Origin: Bigelowiella natans CCMP2755 | Lineage: Eukaryota; Protista; Cercozoa | DNA length: 64,000 nt | Assembly: GCA_000320545.1 (NCBI GenBank) | Contig: ADNK01000489.1 | Coordinates: forward strand, 1 to 64,000 | Direction of reading: 5' to 3' | Shown here: positions 22,979 to 36,100 of the stretch, one piece after another | Numbering within the stretch: the stretch's first letter is position 1 | How the letters are laid out: every line of letters begins with the position of its first letter | The notes under the pieces: generated by a model | What the model saw: only the letters and a program-made list of their open reading frames with translations | Database searches by the model: none | Told to the model about the DNA's origin: nothing | Translations under genes and position numbers: made by a program

Positions 22979-25900
22979 ATGCGTATGCGTATGCGTTGTT
23001 CACAGGGGTAAAGGCAGTGTTATGGAACTCGATGATTCTGATGAAATAGAGGAATTCGACGAATCGCAGTCACAAGGTCGGCTGAACATATTAGTCCCTA
23101 TAATGACATTACAAAGAATGAAGATGGGGACGAGGGAGGGCTTAGTCAGAGGAACATGATTGCTAGTTTGCTTCCTCCCTGCTCAAATCCATGACTGTTG
23201 ATCTCGCGACTAAGCTCTTTCATCGTCCCTTCGACCTCTCCATCATTAGCCTTCATCGAGTATAACAAGGATGTTGGGAGTGCCTACGACGTAGACCCTG
23301 AGGACTCCGAAATTCTGGTTGTCCTCAACAAGCAGAAGCAAGAGAAGCTCGACTTCATGATGTACCAGATGCCGGATGAGCTGAAAGAGATGGGGCAGGA
23401 CTGGAACGGCGACTTCCAAAAGGCATTTGAAGAGCGCGACGGGGAAAAAATGTACCAAATCGCTGTGGATTTTGAGGTTGATACTTCTTTGCAAACATGT
23501 GCATGATACCCGAGTATGTTTTTAAAAAATGTATTCATAGATTCATTGCCTTTTAGCGTGCGTATGTGTGTGTGTGTGTGTATGTGTGTGTGTCGTTCTA
23601 ATCGCGACTTGTCTTTACAGGATGCTGTCGTTCGGTACACAAAAGTTATTATCAGCGAGCGCTTTCTGCCTGACCACAATAAGACTATCAAGCTCTGGAA
23701 CGCAGGCGGTGTGGCTGGTGGGGACAAGTACAAGATCAATGGCATCGTCTTCAAGCTCGTTTCAGACCCGAAAGGTGATATGATGAAAGTGGTGCCGCAG
23801 AAGATAGATGATACAGTAACATGAGGAGGTTCACTGCTAGTTGCTTGTGAAGATATAACTAGTAGCCTCTTGTGTTTTAAGCAGCCCTGCTCCCCATCCG
23901 ATCCTTTAGTTCATACCTTTTCCCCTCTTCTCCCGCCTTGTTTTTGGCTCTTTGTAGTGCCAAAGCACGACCCGAAGCGGTTCCTCTACGGGGGCATTGA
24001 GGCCAAGTACGAATATGCAGCCAAGAGCGCTGGGCATGAAATCCGGTCAGCCATGCAGTACTTTCGCATAGCATACGACAATATGTTCCGCGACGAGAAC
24101 CCTGCCAAGAACGTCGTCCGGGTTCCGATGCAGCTGATGGTTGACTACCGAGGGTAATACGAGAACAATGTTTTTGCCCCCCCTCCCCCCCCCGACCCTT
24201 TCGCCTTTCTTTTTCCAAGATGGCGTGCGTACAGGACACACGGAGTTTAGGAGATATAGTGTTGCCTGTTTTGGATTTCTCCATGATCGATGCACGCACA
24301 AATTCGCGCATCCCGCATGATTCGTTCCCGGCATTTTTATCTTCCCTAGGTTCCGCTTGCTCGCCATGCCGTACCTTCCAATCGACGGGGCGAACACACT
24401 GGTGTATGGATGTGACCAGAAGAATCGTTTAATGTTCGACGGGAAGGGTATCGCGCAGGCTTCAAAGGCGATGGAGAATGCTGCTACCGAACTGTTCCTG
24501 GCCAAGCATGTTTCACTCGGAAAGGAGATCCACGCCGCGGGTGATATAGAGCTGCATATGGGCAAGGATGGCAGGATGTACCTTATCGACCTTGCCCGCG
24601 CATTTCCTCCTGAAGATCCAAAGAAGGTAGATCGGAGGAAGGCTTGTCGTCATTAGGGTGGTTACGCTGCTCGCAACGTCGTCTGTCTTCCTCTCCCCCG
24701 TCGTTACTATTTTTCCTTTCCATATCGGCAACTGCCGCTTCTTGTGCAGCTCCTTCTTCATATGAGCACAATCTAGATGCCGTTGTTGTTTCTCAGCATA
24801 TTTTGTTAATCTATTCTCTCTCTTTGCTCCTCCTCCTCCTCCTCCTCCTCCTCCTCCTCCTCTTCCTCTTCCTCCCCTAGGTGTCGCACTTGCCTGTTTC
24901 AGGGCACCCGCTCCTGTACCGTATGCTACGGCCGGAACTGCTGCAGAAGCTAAAGTCTTCGGACAAGTTCAACATGCTGAACCCAGATGTCTATACCATG
25001 TGGGGCGCCAGCGACCCCAATAAAAAGAAACAAGGCTTAGAGGTTGTTCACAAAGGAGGTAGAGGGGGGGGAGGAGCATACACGCGCACGAATGTGTTGC
25101 TGAAAGCCGGACATCTGCCTAGAATTCTGCAGCAGATACTGTAACTACCAACTCCCTTGCTTTTATTAGGTGTCGCGCGCTACGGAGTACATGCTTACCA
25201 CGCTCATCCCGCTGTTCGCTAGGAAGCTCAGGATGGGCGAGATAAAGATCCGAGAGCCGATTTCCTCTCTCTTGCACCAGAACGGAATCAACGTGCGGCA
25301 TATTGGGTACATACGCGCCGCTTCATCGCAAGCCCGATCGCAATGATTTGTGCTAACGTATCTAGTACTTTTGATGATTGTTGTGCTATATTCTTCTTCT
25401 TCTACTTCTTCTTACCAGAGTGCTGAGAAAAGAGGTGCTAATCGGGCTCAACTCCGATTCCGATGACGCGATCAGCGCCGCGAATGTCATCATGATCGAG
25501 ATGGTTGCCAGGACGCTCAAGGTGGCTACTTAATTACCATAGAGGATGATGTAAAAAAGGGTTAGTTGTTGTTATTTATGGCGTGTGATGATGCAATTGA
25601 ACAGAATCTGATCCGCAAGGCGTTGCGGCTGGGTTCCGAGCAATGTCTCAATCAGCCGTCAGCTCTTGGTATTCTCCAAGGAGCACTGAGCATCATGAAC
25701 TCGTTCATTGCCCGACCCATCGAAGAAGACTTTTGGGAGGCTCTTCATTCCGCCGTACGACAGCGTTTCGGCAAAGTTGGCGCAATGCCCCACTTTCGGC
25801 GTTTGTACCAGAAGATCAAGCACCCGGAGACAATCTTGCGGATCATGTCGTTCATGCTCAAAACGATCGGCTTTTCTCTGACGCCGCAGGCACGCGTCGA

Positions 25901-28744
25901 CTTCGAGACCAGCCTGCGGCAAAACATGTCGTTCCGCTTTTACCGCGAAGACTTCGCCCCAGAAGACGTCCGTGTGAAGAAGTTCGGCCTTTTCCAGATG
26001 GCCATTGCGACGAGGCTGCTCACATTGGGAAGCAAAGAAATGCGTAGCAATATCCCAGTCGCCAAGCGGCTATTCACCATCGCTCACAGGACATTCACAG
26101 AGATGAGCAAATCCATCTCCCCGCTCTCGCCGACCACATCCCAGATTGTCAAGGCTGTCATGGCGTCAGAACTGACGTTCGACGCGGAGATCCAGAAGGG
26201 CAGGATTAAAGCGCGCTGCGAGAGCGTCATGCTCCAACATGAATATCAAATGAAGTACGACGGGTTCAAGAAGGCTGACGAGACGTTGCTGGAAGGCATC
26301 TCCTCAGCGCGCAAAGAAAAGTAAAGAAGCATTCACTCTACTGCACTCGCCATAATATATATAATGTCCTGGCCGGTACATAATCTGCATATATCTATTG
26401 TCCCTGCTGCTGTTGCTGCCGTCTTTTATGGTTTGTCACCCCTCCTTTCAGGTTCTTTCAGATGGCCGAAGAGCTTGTAGACTTCGGCATGCGCGTGTGG
26501 TCGCGTGTGCGTAAGAAGAACCTGCGGCAGATGACGAATGCGGTCGTGAGGACTAAGATGATCAGGCTCGGAGGGCTCACAAGCACCAATGTCCTGCAAG
26601 AGTTCCTCCACCTCGTCGGCGCTGCCAACGGCGAGATAAAGAAGCAAACTGGGAGCGCGGTACGAACGGGTTTTTAGTGAGATAGACTGACACCTGCTAC
26701 TGGTGTGTGCGTGTGTGCAAAGAGGGGATAGAAGAAGAGATAGTAGATAGAGAGGAGAGAAGAAAAAGGGGGGGGGGGTGAGGGATAGATAGACGCAAAG
26801 GATGTCATGAAATGATATACATTCCATCGTCATTTCTCAACACAGGGCGAGTACCGGGTGTTGGTGACGCAACCACGGCTTGACAAGTTCATGAGCACTA
26901 CATGGTACAGCGGCAACGTTATCCGGCAAGTGGGCATCGTCAATAGTAAGAGCACCATCTTCTCACCACCTCACACGCCGTCGTCTATCCGTCGTCAAAC
27001 AAGACAATTTATTTTTACATCGATCCGTGTCACCGCGTGTCCCACCTTCCGCACCACGGCGGTGACATTGCTCCTTTTCGCTCATCTGCATGGCGTGCCG
27101 CATCTGCTATTATCCACAGTGCAATCGTCGGCCTCTGCCGATTCAAAGAGCCTCTCGCAGCTGTCCCGGAAGGAGCGTAACTCCCTCGGCAAGAAATTGA
27201 TAAAGGCCTGCAAAGATGGGGACATTGAGCAGTGCATCGCGCTGATAGTAGACTACGGCGCCGACGTCATGCACACACCAGACGACCAGAAGGGGTAGTT
27301 ACTACCATGATAATGACGTTTACGATTGTGCTACATCATGTCTCTTCCACGGCCTGACTCCTATGCTAGCAAAATGCGAGTATCGACGCACGTAAGCCTA
27401 ATGCATAGTGTTCATGAAATCTTGATTAAATAGGCTGTACAATCCCCTAATGTGGGCAGTGAACGGCAAAGTCCAGGTATATCCGTCAATCTGCCAATCC
27501 TTCAATCAATTATGCATCTACAATCGTAACTCCTGAGAGAGAAAAAGGAGGGCCAGCAAATTTATAGAATCAGCCGATATATCACGTCTTCATCATCACA
27601 TCACCACCGCGTTTTTAAACTTTTGTTTCTCTCCACCTCATCTTCACACGACCAAGCCCGCATATGATGTTGTAAATGCTTGTGATCTCATCAGATTGTG
27701 GAGCTACTCATTGCCGCACGTGCAGATATCAACTACCAGAACAAATCTGGGTTAACAGCACTGATGGTACTATTTCCAACCAAAGAACTCACACGAATTT
27801 CGCATCCCCCGCACCTCCTCTCTGACCCCCTCCTCCTCCTCCTCCTCCCCCTTTTTCTAGGTTGCCTGTCAACACTGCCAGACCAATGCAGCCGAGATGA
27901 TCGAGTTCCTTGTTAGCGTTGGCGCAAGGTTCGCCTCAACTAAACCACCTCTAAATACTGAAACCATTGTGTAGAGAGTAGCACATCCCCTCCCCCCCCC
28001 TCCCCCCCACCTCCAATCCCGCAATGAACTCCCACAGCCGTCAACACTCGTACTTAGAATAGCACGCGAGCACCTAATCTGATGAGCCTTGAACGTCCAC
28101 AGGATAGATCTGGCCGACTCGAAGGGAAGAAAGGCCATTGATTTTGCGCAGCTGGTAACATAAATCGCGCCGTATTTCCTCTGTTGCGTTGCCTCTAGTG
28201 GGGATGACGGCTTACGAATGCTCGCTTACAATAGGGCACGAGAAAGCCGAAGAACATCCTAGAAATGCTAAAATCGGAGAAAGCGCACCCCAAAAAAGTA
28301 ATTGTCCTCACACATCACCACCTTCATCACGTGCTTGGGAAGCTTGTTCTCATAATCATCAACATCTTCGGACACCACACAGCCTCCATTTATCGATGGA
28401 CTTATCGCGAGCGCGCTGCTGTTCAAACTACTGCGACTTGCTCAATACAAAAACCAAGAACCTTTCTACCTTCCATCTCTTTTCCTTTCCCTCTATCCCC
28501 CCCTTGCACGCACCCAAACTCAAATCCACACGAACTCAGAGAGAAGCCTACAACCTGGTGGACTTCGACCCGAAAAAGACTGGACGACTGCTTATCGGTC
28601 CGGCAAAGTATGCGCGCGAGTTCAACTTCGACTACTTGTGCAAGTCAGGTAGAGTTGCTTTAATGACGCAGCAGTAGCTTCAATCTAGAAGTAGTGTGCT
28701 GGTTCTCGATAGGTTCCCATGTATACATTGTGTATATAAATGAG

Positions 28745-28805
<61 letters not shown>

Positions 28806-28851
28806 GGATCTTAAGTCTTTCGCGAATAAGCATTGATTACTGTCCAAGTAT

Positions 28852-28891
<40 letters not shown>

Positions 28892-29023
28892 TCGTATCTT
28901 TTTGTTCGCGACTCGTGAGAACATCTATAGACCCTAAGCTTTGACCTTTTTTAACTCTCTAAGAGCTTCTTGTAGTAGGCAACCAAGCTATTCCCCCCCC
29001 CTCTCTCTCTCTTACACACACAC

Positions 29024-29058
<35 letters not shown>

Positions 29059-29711
29059 GATGAGATGAGGGAGAAGCTGCAGGGCGTAATCAGATTCGTA
29101 GGGCAAAATTTGAAGAGTCGCAACGACGTCGTCTTTATCTGTCACGAGCAAGGTGGCGCTGCTACCAACGCAGAGGTAGGCTACACGCTATTATCTACCA
29201 CGTGACGCTGGCGTGAGCGAGGTTCATACGTGTTGGTCAAAACATCGAACGATGAGTGATGTACAGAGAATCATTGCTGCTTTCATGATGCTGGCCTGGG
29301 ATCCGTCAGTCTAGAGCATGCAAGAGGCAATCGTGCGTTTGGTTGAAGGCATTGTTGCGCGCCATGCTAGGTGAATGCGATGGGGTCGACGGTGATGATG
29401 GAAAGCGTAATGCACCACCTTCTCGGCGTCGGAAAAAGGCATCTGGAGGGCAAAATGTGCACGCGTATCAGGATGATGGAGGTTGTTATAAGCGTCACTC
29501 TCACCCCCCCCCCCCCCCCCCTTTCCCCTCTCCCACCTATTGTATATTTGGGATGAGAATAGTGTTCCTTCATCTGTCCGTCGTTCGTACGGTAAGCATC
29601 ACGGTCTTGCTATGGTCAGGTGGGCGACCTGGGATGCCAGAATCTGGCCGATATTCGGGAGATATGGACCGTCAACTACAGAGGAGGGGTAAGTAGAAGT
29701 AGTAGTAGTAA

Positions 29712-29751
<40 letters not shown>

Positions 29752-31237
29752 CTCGATTATGTGTGTAGTAGCTAACTGTCGCCCGTCCAAACTCATCATA
29801 TTTCCTTCTCGTGAAGAAAATAGACAATCCATGCTACCTGAGTTGGTGATGCTTACTTTCGCCTTTTTCCCACCAGACTGCCTATTATAAGAACTCCCAT
29901 CCATCGAGTAAAGTAAAGCCCGCAGGCCACCTGAAGTACCTCAACAAACTCAATGTGGTAAGTGAGCAAGAGGGGGGGGGGGGACCGAACGACTGCGTAG
30001 GAGATCGATAAAGAATGATATTATGATTTTTTTGTCATCATCGTTTTCTTTTCTTCACCTCCCCTTCCCGTTTGATCCGCTCATCGGTACTATGATGGCC
30101 TCATCTTTAGACTGCAAGGCGAGGTGAGTGGGTGAAGCATAACAAAGGCTGGTCTACGGTCCATCAGCTGGCAATCATTGAACCAAAGGTGTGTGTGTGT
30201 GTGTGTGTTGCAAAAGCGCATTTATGCAGTATTCAGGCAGTATTTCTGCGATTATGTGGTCCACGTCGTATGTAATAGAACAGATATCTGTTGATGATGC
30301 TGTATGTTGATGATGCTGTATGTTCGCGCATTATTCCTATTCCGGTGTATGTATCATCCTCACTCTCTCTCTCTCCCCCTCACTCTCTCTCTCTCTCTCT
30401 CGCTCTCCTCTGCCCCTTCCTTGTCCCTGCTGTGAATGTTCACAAAGATAAATCAAGTGCTCACGAGCAAGAACGATATTTCCATCGAGAAGGACGTTCC
30501 GAACATCATGGTGACAGAAAGCTCTTGTCGTCGTCGTCGTTGAAATTTATATATTGCCAGTAAAGTATTACTCTGCTGCTTCACATGTGCTGCTGCCTTT
30601 GCATCCAGGGCGGAGCCGACATAATGGACCACTACTCGCAATGGTCGAGGACTTTTGAAGATCCCATGGAAGTCACAAAGGAGATTAGGAAGGTAGTAGT
30701 AGTAGTAGGAGGAGGAGGAGGAGGAGTAATCATCTCTCACCGCCCTTCTTCTAATTCACCTGATAATACCTCGTGGAGAAATAAATGAATATGACGTGCT
30801 GCTGCGACCCAGCAGAAATGCTCACGGCAGCCCTCTTCTTCTTCTTCTTCTTCTTCTTCTTCTTCTTCTTCTTCCGTCATCATCCTCTCCATCATCATCA
30901 TCATCATCATGAATCATCACTCCTCAGGGATTTCACTCCCGCCACACGGTGGTCAACAACCCGGTGATCGCCCAAGTCGAGTTTCTAGTCTCCAAGGTCA
31001 CGAAGAAGAAGAAGGAGAAGGAGAAGAAGGACGACAAGGTGGAGATGACCAACCTTGCAACGCTCAACGTTCTCACGTACTTCTCGGACGGTAATACTGC
31101 CCTGATGCATAACGACGATGACGACGACGACGACGACGACGAGCAACGACGATGCTCCACAGAACAACAGCCACAACCGTAACAACTGCATATCTCCGTG
31201 AGATATGACGACGAGTATTGAGTATAGAAGTAGCGCC

Positions 31238-31276
<39 letters not shown>

Positions 31277-31582
31277 AATCATTATGAAAAGAGTGTCATC
31301 ATATCAACGATGGTGATTTGCTGCAGGAAAATTCAACGCGATCGATAAGAACGTGTGCGATGTGATCAACATGATGCTTAATCCAGGTATGAATAATTAT
31401 GTAGTCTTGCTTCTTTCCGTCCAATTTTCGAAGAAAAATAATGGCGCATATAGCGGGGGGGGGGGGGGGGGCGTCGATATTTGACGGAATATATGCATAT
31501 ATCAGAGGGGGAGCAAGAGGTTGAAGTAAAAATAGAATACGGGAATATACCGACGACGAAGCAACCTGGGAAAAAGGTGAAG

Positions 31583-31621
<39 letters not shown>

Positions 31622-31919
31622 CTTATCCCTGTCTGTGTGTTTGTGTAGAGGCACACACAGAGAGAGAAAGAGATAAGTAGAAGAGATTTTATGCTATTCT
31701 TGATAAGAGCAATCACAATCCGAGTATGTCAATTAATATTTCTCCTGATTTTGCGAAAGGTGAAATATACTTTTTTTGTCCGAGTCATCGATGGGCTTTC
31801 GGAGTACGAGCTAAGCCCTTCATGGTTCATGACAGAAGTGAAGCTCAAACGGTATATACGTGAGTAGAAAGTAGTAGCTGGAAATGCAGTACTAGTTTGT
31901 GATTTATTCAAATGTTTAG

Positions 31920-31956
<37 letters not shown>

Positions 31957-32881
31957 ATAAAACACTCTATTAAATATTTATATTTATACAGTGAAATAAA
32001 TATTTAGTAAAAGGTTTAAAGATATATATATAGCATATGTGTGTGTGTGTGTGTGGTGGTGTATGTGTACGATTATATGTTATATTTGTGCGGCGTGTGT
32101 GACCTTCTGCCCGTAGGTTATGGGTGCAAAAGGTAAGCAGAGCAATGAAGCATCCAGGCTTGACGCAGACCTTCAATGCAGTGTGGGACGAAGAGAAACC
32201 GCCCATGATAAGGCTCTCCATCCAGGTTTTCCTCATCCTGAAACATATTGCGTTGGGTTGATGAAGACGTATGATTATGATGATGAAAGAGTGTATGAAT
32301 GCTGATTAGGTTGGTTTCGTGATTAAATCGCCCCTAGCTGCAGTATTGTGATGAAATCCTTACTTTATATGCTGTTTCTTCAGTTCAACAAGACACTGTC
32401 GATGCCGGTGATGGAGAGGAAAGTTGCACTGAATCCAGATGGCACAAGCTTCGAGGAAATAATAAAGGTTCTTTGGGGGGTTGGGATAGGGGATGGCGGT
32501 TTGAACCACCGAATATTGGTGAAAGTGCTAATGAAAAAAAATAAAATAAGTACTTACTCTATATCTTCTATGGATCGCTCAGGTTGACAAGACCTTCTTG
32601 AAGATACTGCAAGCCCAGGCAAAGCAGGATACTATCCTCGGCATGTTTTTCAGTTCGTTCATGAAACCCTCATCAAAGGTCAATTGTATCTCTAACTCGT
32701 GTCCCGAAGTAAGTAGGCTGCGATGCCTCGAGACGTCGAACACCCAATAATAATAATGCCATCGTTGGGATTGTTGCAGGTGGTCACAAGCGTCAAAGTA
32801 GCCCAGGACCCCGACCTGCTTAGCGACTCCTGCAGATTGTTGAAGTGGATGAAAACCTTCCGGAAGCACTCTGGAAACTAG
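21218..32881 (+). CDS. Large intron-rich gene: coiled-coil/acidic N-terminus, Clu domain, ankyrin repeats, degenerate kinesin-motor-like C-terminus (5' end uncertain)
   Basis: Clu motifs DWNGDFQ, GGVAGGDKY, AAKSAGHEI, VDYRGFRL, DIELHMGKDGRMYLIDLARAFPP, MLRPEL; ankyrin motifs LIKACKDGD, DYGADV, ARADINYQNKSGLTALM; last exon ends WMKTFRKHSGN-TAG. Confidence 0.75.
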
Positions 32882-33695
32882 CGTCATAATCTAGATTTTG
32901 CGAACTGGCAGTTGCGTCTGCACGATTGCGAAACGATAAATTATCCACCCGACATGTTGTGCAACATGCTACCAAAATTATTATTAGCACCGCGTCGTTA
33001 CTTGTGTCGCGATGCCTAGACACTTTCCCATCGATCTATCAGCAACATCAGTTCCTAAATCTAATGAGATACATTATGTAAGAGTTATAAATTTTAGTCG
33101 TACCATGACATTAAAAATTCTAAAAACTCGATGTTTCGCTGGACTCGATGTTTCGCTGGACTCGATGTTTCTCTATCATAGCTACGTCTAGATATACACA
33201 AACATATATTTGTGTCACATTTGCTACGATGCATGGCTGCCTGAAAGCTCTCAAGCGACGACATGCTTTTTAGCATAACAGCCGCGATACTTTGCATCAT
33301 TGCAGGCATCGGGCATGTTTTTCTAGCAGCCTATATATACACAGATGTGCTGCTTGGATTATTGCATGCCGTAAAGTAGCAACATACCTATCTAGATCAG
33401 CAAATCGCCCAGCATAGCCACAGCCAGGTCATGCGCGCGCGCATCCATTGTGTAGCTAACTAAGTCGCACATCTTCACATGATCGATGCGTGGAAATCGC
33501 ATCAGTATGATCTGCGTGTACGCGTGCAGGATCGCGCAGCTGGTATGCGCTGTGCGTGTATCGTAGCAGCATCACTAGCTAGAAATGACTAGCCATTCGC
33601 GCAAGCGTAGCTATAATGATAAGGGCGGACACCTGTCGCTATCTATGCTAGCTATCTAGCTATGCATATCATAGCGGAGATCGACAGATTCAACA

Positions 33696-33787
33696 TTAGC
33701 GCTGTAGCCGCTGCATTGACTAGTATTGCACAGCTACATAGGGATGATCATTGAACAAATTTAATTGATTGATTACATCTGTCTTAC
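33696..33787 (+). mobile_element. Short copy of the LINE 3' end
   Basis: GCGCTGTAGCCGCTGCATTG...GCACAGCTACATAGGGATGATCATTGAAC...ATTACATCTGTCT matches the reverse complement of 62211-62293. Confidence 0.85.
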
Positions 33788-34183
33788 ATGTGTGTATACG
33801 TACCATTGAAAAACTTCAATTATTACACCCGCCCCATACATGTGTGTACGTGGCGTGGTATGGGACGCATCGCGCCTCATCCTACAAATGCGATCGCGAG
33901 AGGCATTGATCATTGGCTACCCAACAGGCGCAAAATGCTTGAATTGATTGCGTAGCCGGGCTAGATCTCATGCATCGTATCCGTGGCGTAATAATAAGTA
34001 CTCTATGCTATCGACTGATAGTTACTGAACGTCGTACTGGCCTTCGGCACAGATATATTTAAGACTTTGAAGACTGCAACACACAGCGGGTGAGTTAGAG
34101 ATCCTCATGCCAACCAGGCTAGGACGCCATGACTAGATACGACAGCTAGGTGAAATACAAGATAGTCTTTGTGAACGGGAATC

Positions 34184-35161
34184 TCATTGAATATCCATAA
34201 TCAACGAGAAGCGGTCGGTCTTCATATCTTGTGTCCTGTGCCAAACGTCTTCCATGAAAAATAAAGCATCTCCAGGATCCATTGCGATGGTACACGCTAA
34301 TTGGTCTAAGCCATGATACCTGTGTATTGTGCCAACATGACTGTACAGCCTTGAACGCAATGGCCCCATTGTCATTGCATTTACGTCCATTCGTCTCTGG
34401 AATTTGTAAAAGTTCTTTCGGGGAATGAGCATGAGGTTTGTGTGTCCACGCATGGTGCCATTCCTCGTGTCCTTATCAACCATTATGAACATTTTGTGAT
34501 ATCGTCCACCATCAGGGCTCGGGCCGTCGGTATGCCAATCATGAAAACCGCTGTGGATCGGTAGGTTTAGGCTCTGGGTGAGAAAACTTTTGAATTGAGA
34601 TATAGCACGAGGTATACCAAACATTGTTGTCCCCATCACAAATTCCCATTGCCCTTTGAACAGGCTCCATGGCCACGGCCAGCCATTAATAGCGATAAAC
34701 TCCGACCCCTTCGCTCTCATTTTACCCCAGCGGTCAAGCTTCAGCTTCCTCATTATGCCCTTCTTTCGCCAGATTCGAAAGTTCTGGTACAGTTTATGTA
34801 AGGTCTTAGGCCACATCTCCATCATCTTTTCCTCCCATAGCATGCATTCGTGTGGCTGCGTGTCCGAAGCCCCGCAAAGATAACGGGTTGGCAGGGGAAT
34901 GGAGGAGACAAAGTTGAGCATGACCTGTCGCTCTTTCTCGGAAACAAAACCCTTATAAAGGATGAACCCGTTATCAAGTAAGAATTCGAGGCTAGTGTAG
35001 TTTTCTGGCTTGCATTCAGAGAGTCGAGCTTCCTCAAGAACGGGGTCTACAACCGGAAATTTGCCATAATGCTGACTCCACGCCTGTTGCAAGATCGCAA
35101 TCGCTATGGCTACCCCTACTATCCACACCCGACATGCACAATAATGCCCGTCCTTTTGCAT
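34184..35161 (-). CDS. Intronless 2OG-Fe(II)/PhyH-like dioxygenase with N-terminal signal peptide or anchor
   Basis: WHTDG (HxD), MDPGDALFF...WHRT (distal His), terminal RFSL; hydrophobic N-terminus VWIVGVAIAIAIL. Confidence 0.7.
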   Translation of the reverse strand: MQKDGHYCACRVWIVGVAIAIAILQQAWSQHYGKFPVVDPVLEEARLSECKPENYTSLEFLLDNGFILYKGFVSEKERQVMLNFVSSIPLPTRYLCGASDTQPHECMLWEEKMMEMWPKTLHKLYQNFRIWRKKGIMRKLKLDRWGKMRAKGSEFIAINGWPWPWSLFKGQWEFVMGTTMFGIPRAISQFKSFLTQSLNLPIHSGFHDWHTDGPSPDGGRYHKMFIMVDKDTRNGTMRGHTNLMLIPRKNFYKFQRRMDVNAMTMGPLRSRLYSHVGTIHRYHGLDQLACTIAMDPGDALFFMEDVWHRTQDMKTDRFSLIMDIQ

Positions 35162-36100
35162 TACTCCACTATTCTGGTATTGGCTCTAGTAAACTCGTAC
35201 TCAGTAGATGGTAGGGGCGAGATTCATGTTGACTTTTCACTTTTCAAAATATACAAAACGTTCAAATGGCAAAGTACAAATCGAAGTTTTAGGCTGTATT
35301 TATTGACCTGAATCTCGTCTTCAATTCAGGAAAATCATGCACAAACTTGTAGAACTCTCTGGAGCGCTACGAGCTGTACTTGGATTAGAAGTATCTCGCA
35401 GAAACAACATCCTAAAATCCAGTAATGCTCTTCTCGGCACGACAAAATGTAGTGGCGAATTTTTAAAAGGCGATCTTGTACGCCATTGCGCAAATCAGCA
35501 AGGTTCGACTTGCGACATAGTATGCCCTTGGTGCCGATTGATTTTCAACTTATTTCAATATATTGTCTGTCGTATATACCAAATATAAGATAATTATATA
35601 CCAATGTCGTACCCAGTGACTCATTATTAGTCTTCTTTGGGTTTGGTTAGATTCATATCCAGTGTTGATTCTCCACGAACTTGAATCCCTTTTATTTTAA
35701 GATAACGTCAAATAAAAACCCTATAAATTCATATAAATTCATTGAATTTCTGCTTTGTTTTCCAGCTGTTTGAGAAGTACTGCGCTGACAGTCTAGAAAG
35801 TGTGCGCGAGGAGGGAGGATCACGAAGCGTGAAGATTGAGAAAACCCAGAGGATTCCTCCAAACGCCCACACTCTCCTCTTGCACGTAATTCTCATTAGA
35901 CTATTCAGAGCTTTGAATCATCATTTTTGTAACCCCCCCCAAAAATTCTAATCTCAAACATCATTGTTTTGTTTCGCGGTTAGCGGAGTCATTTCAAAAC
36001 AATATTTTTTTCCTGCAGAAGGGGACCCTGGAAGAGAAGAGAAAACAAGATATAATAGGGAGATACACAAAAATAAGTGTACATAGAGGAGGAGGAAAGT

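Noticed and set aside
33126-33171. 17-bp tandem repeat ACTCGATGTTTCGCTGG (about 2.7 copies)
   Set aside because: Simple local slippage duplication with no further structure
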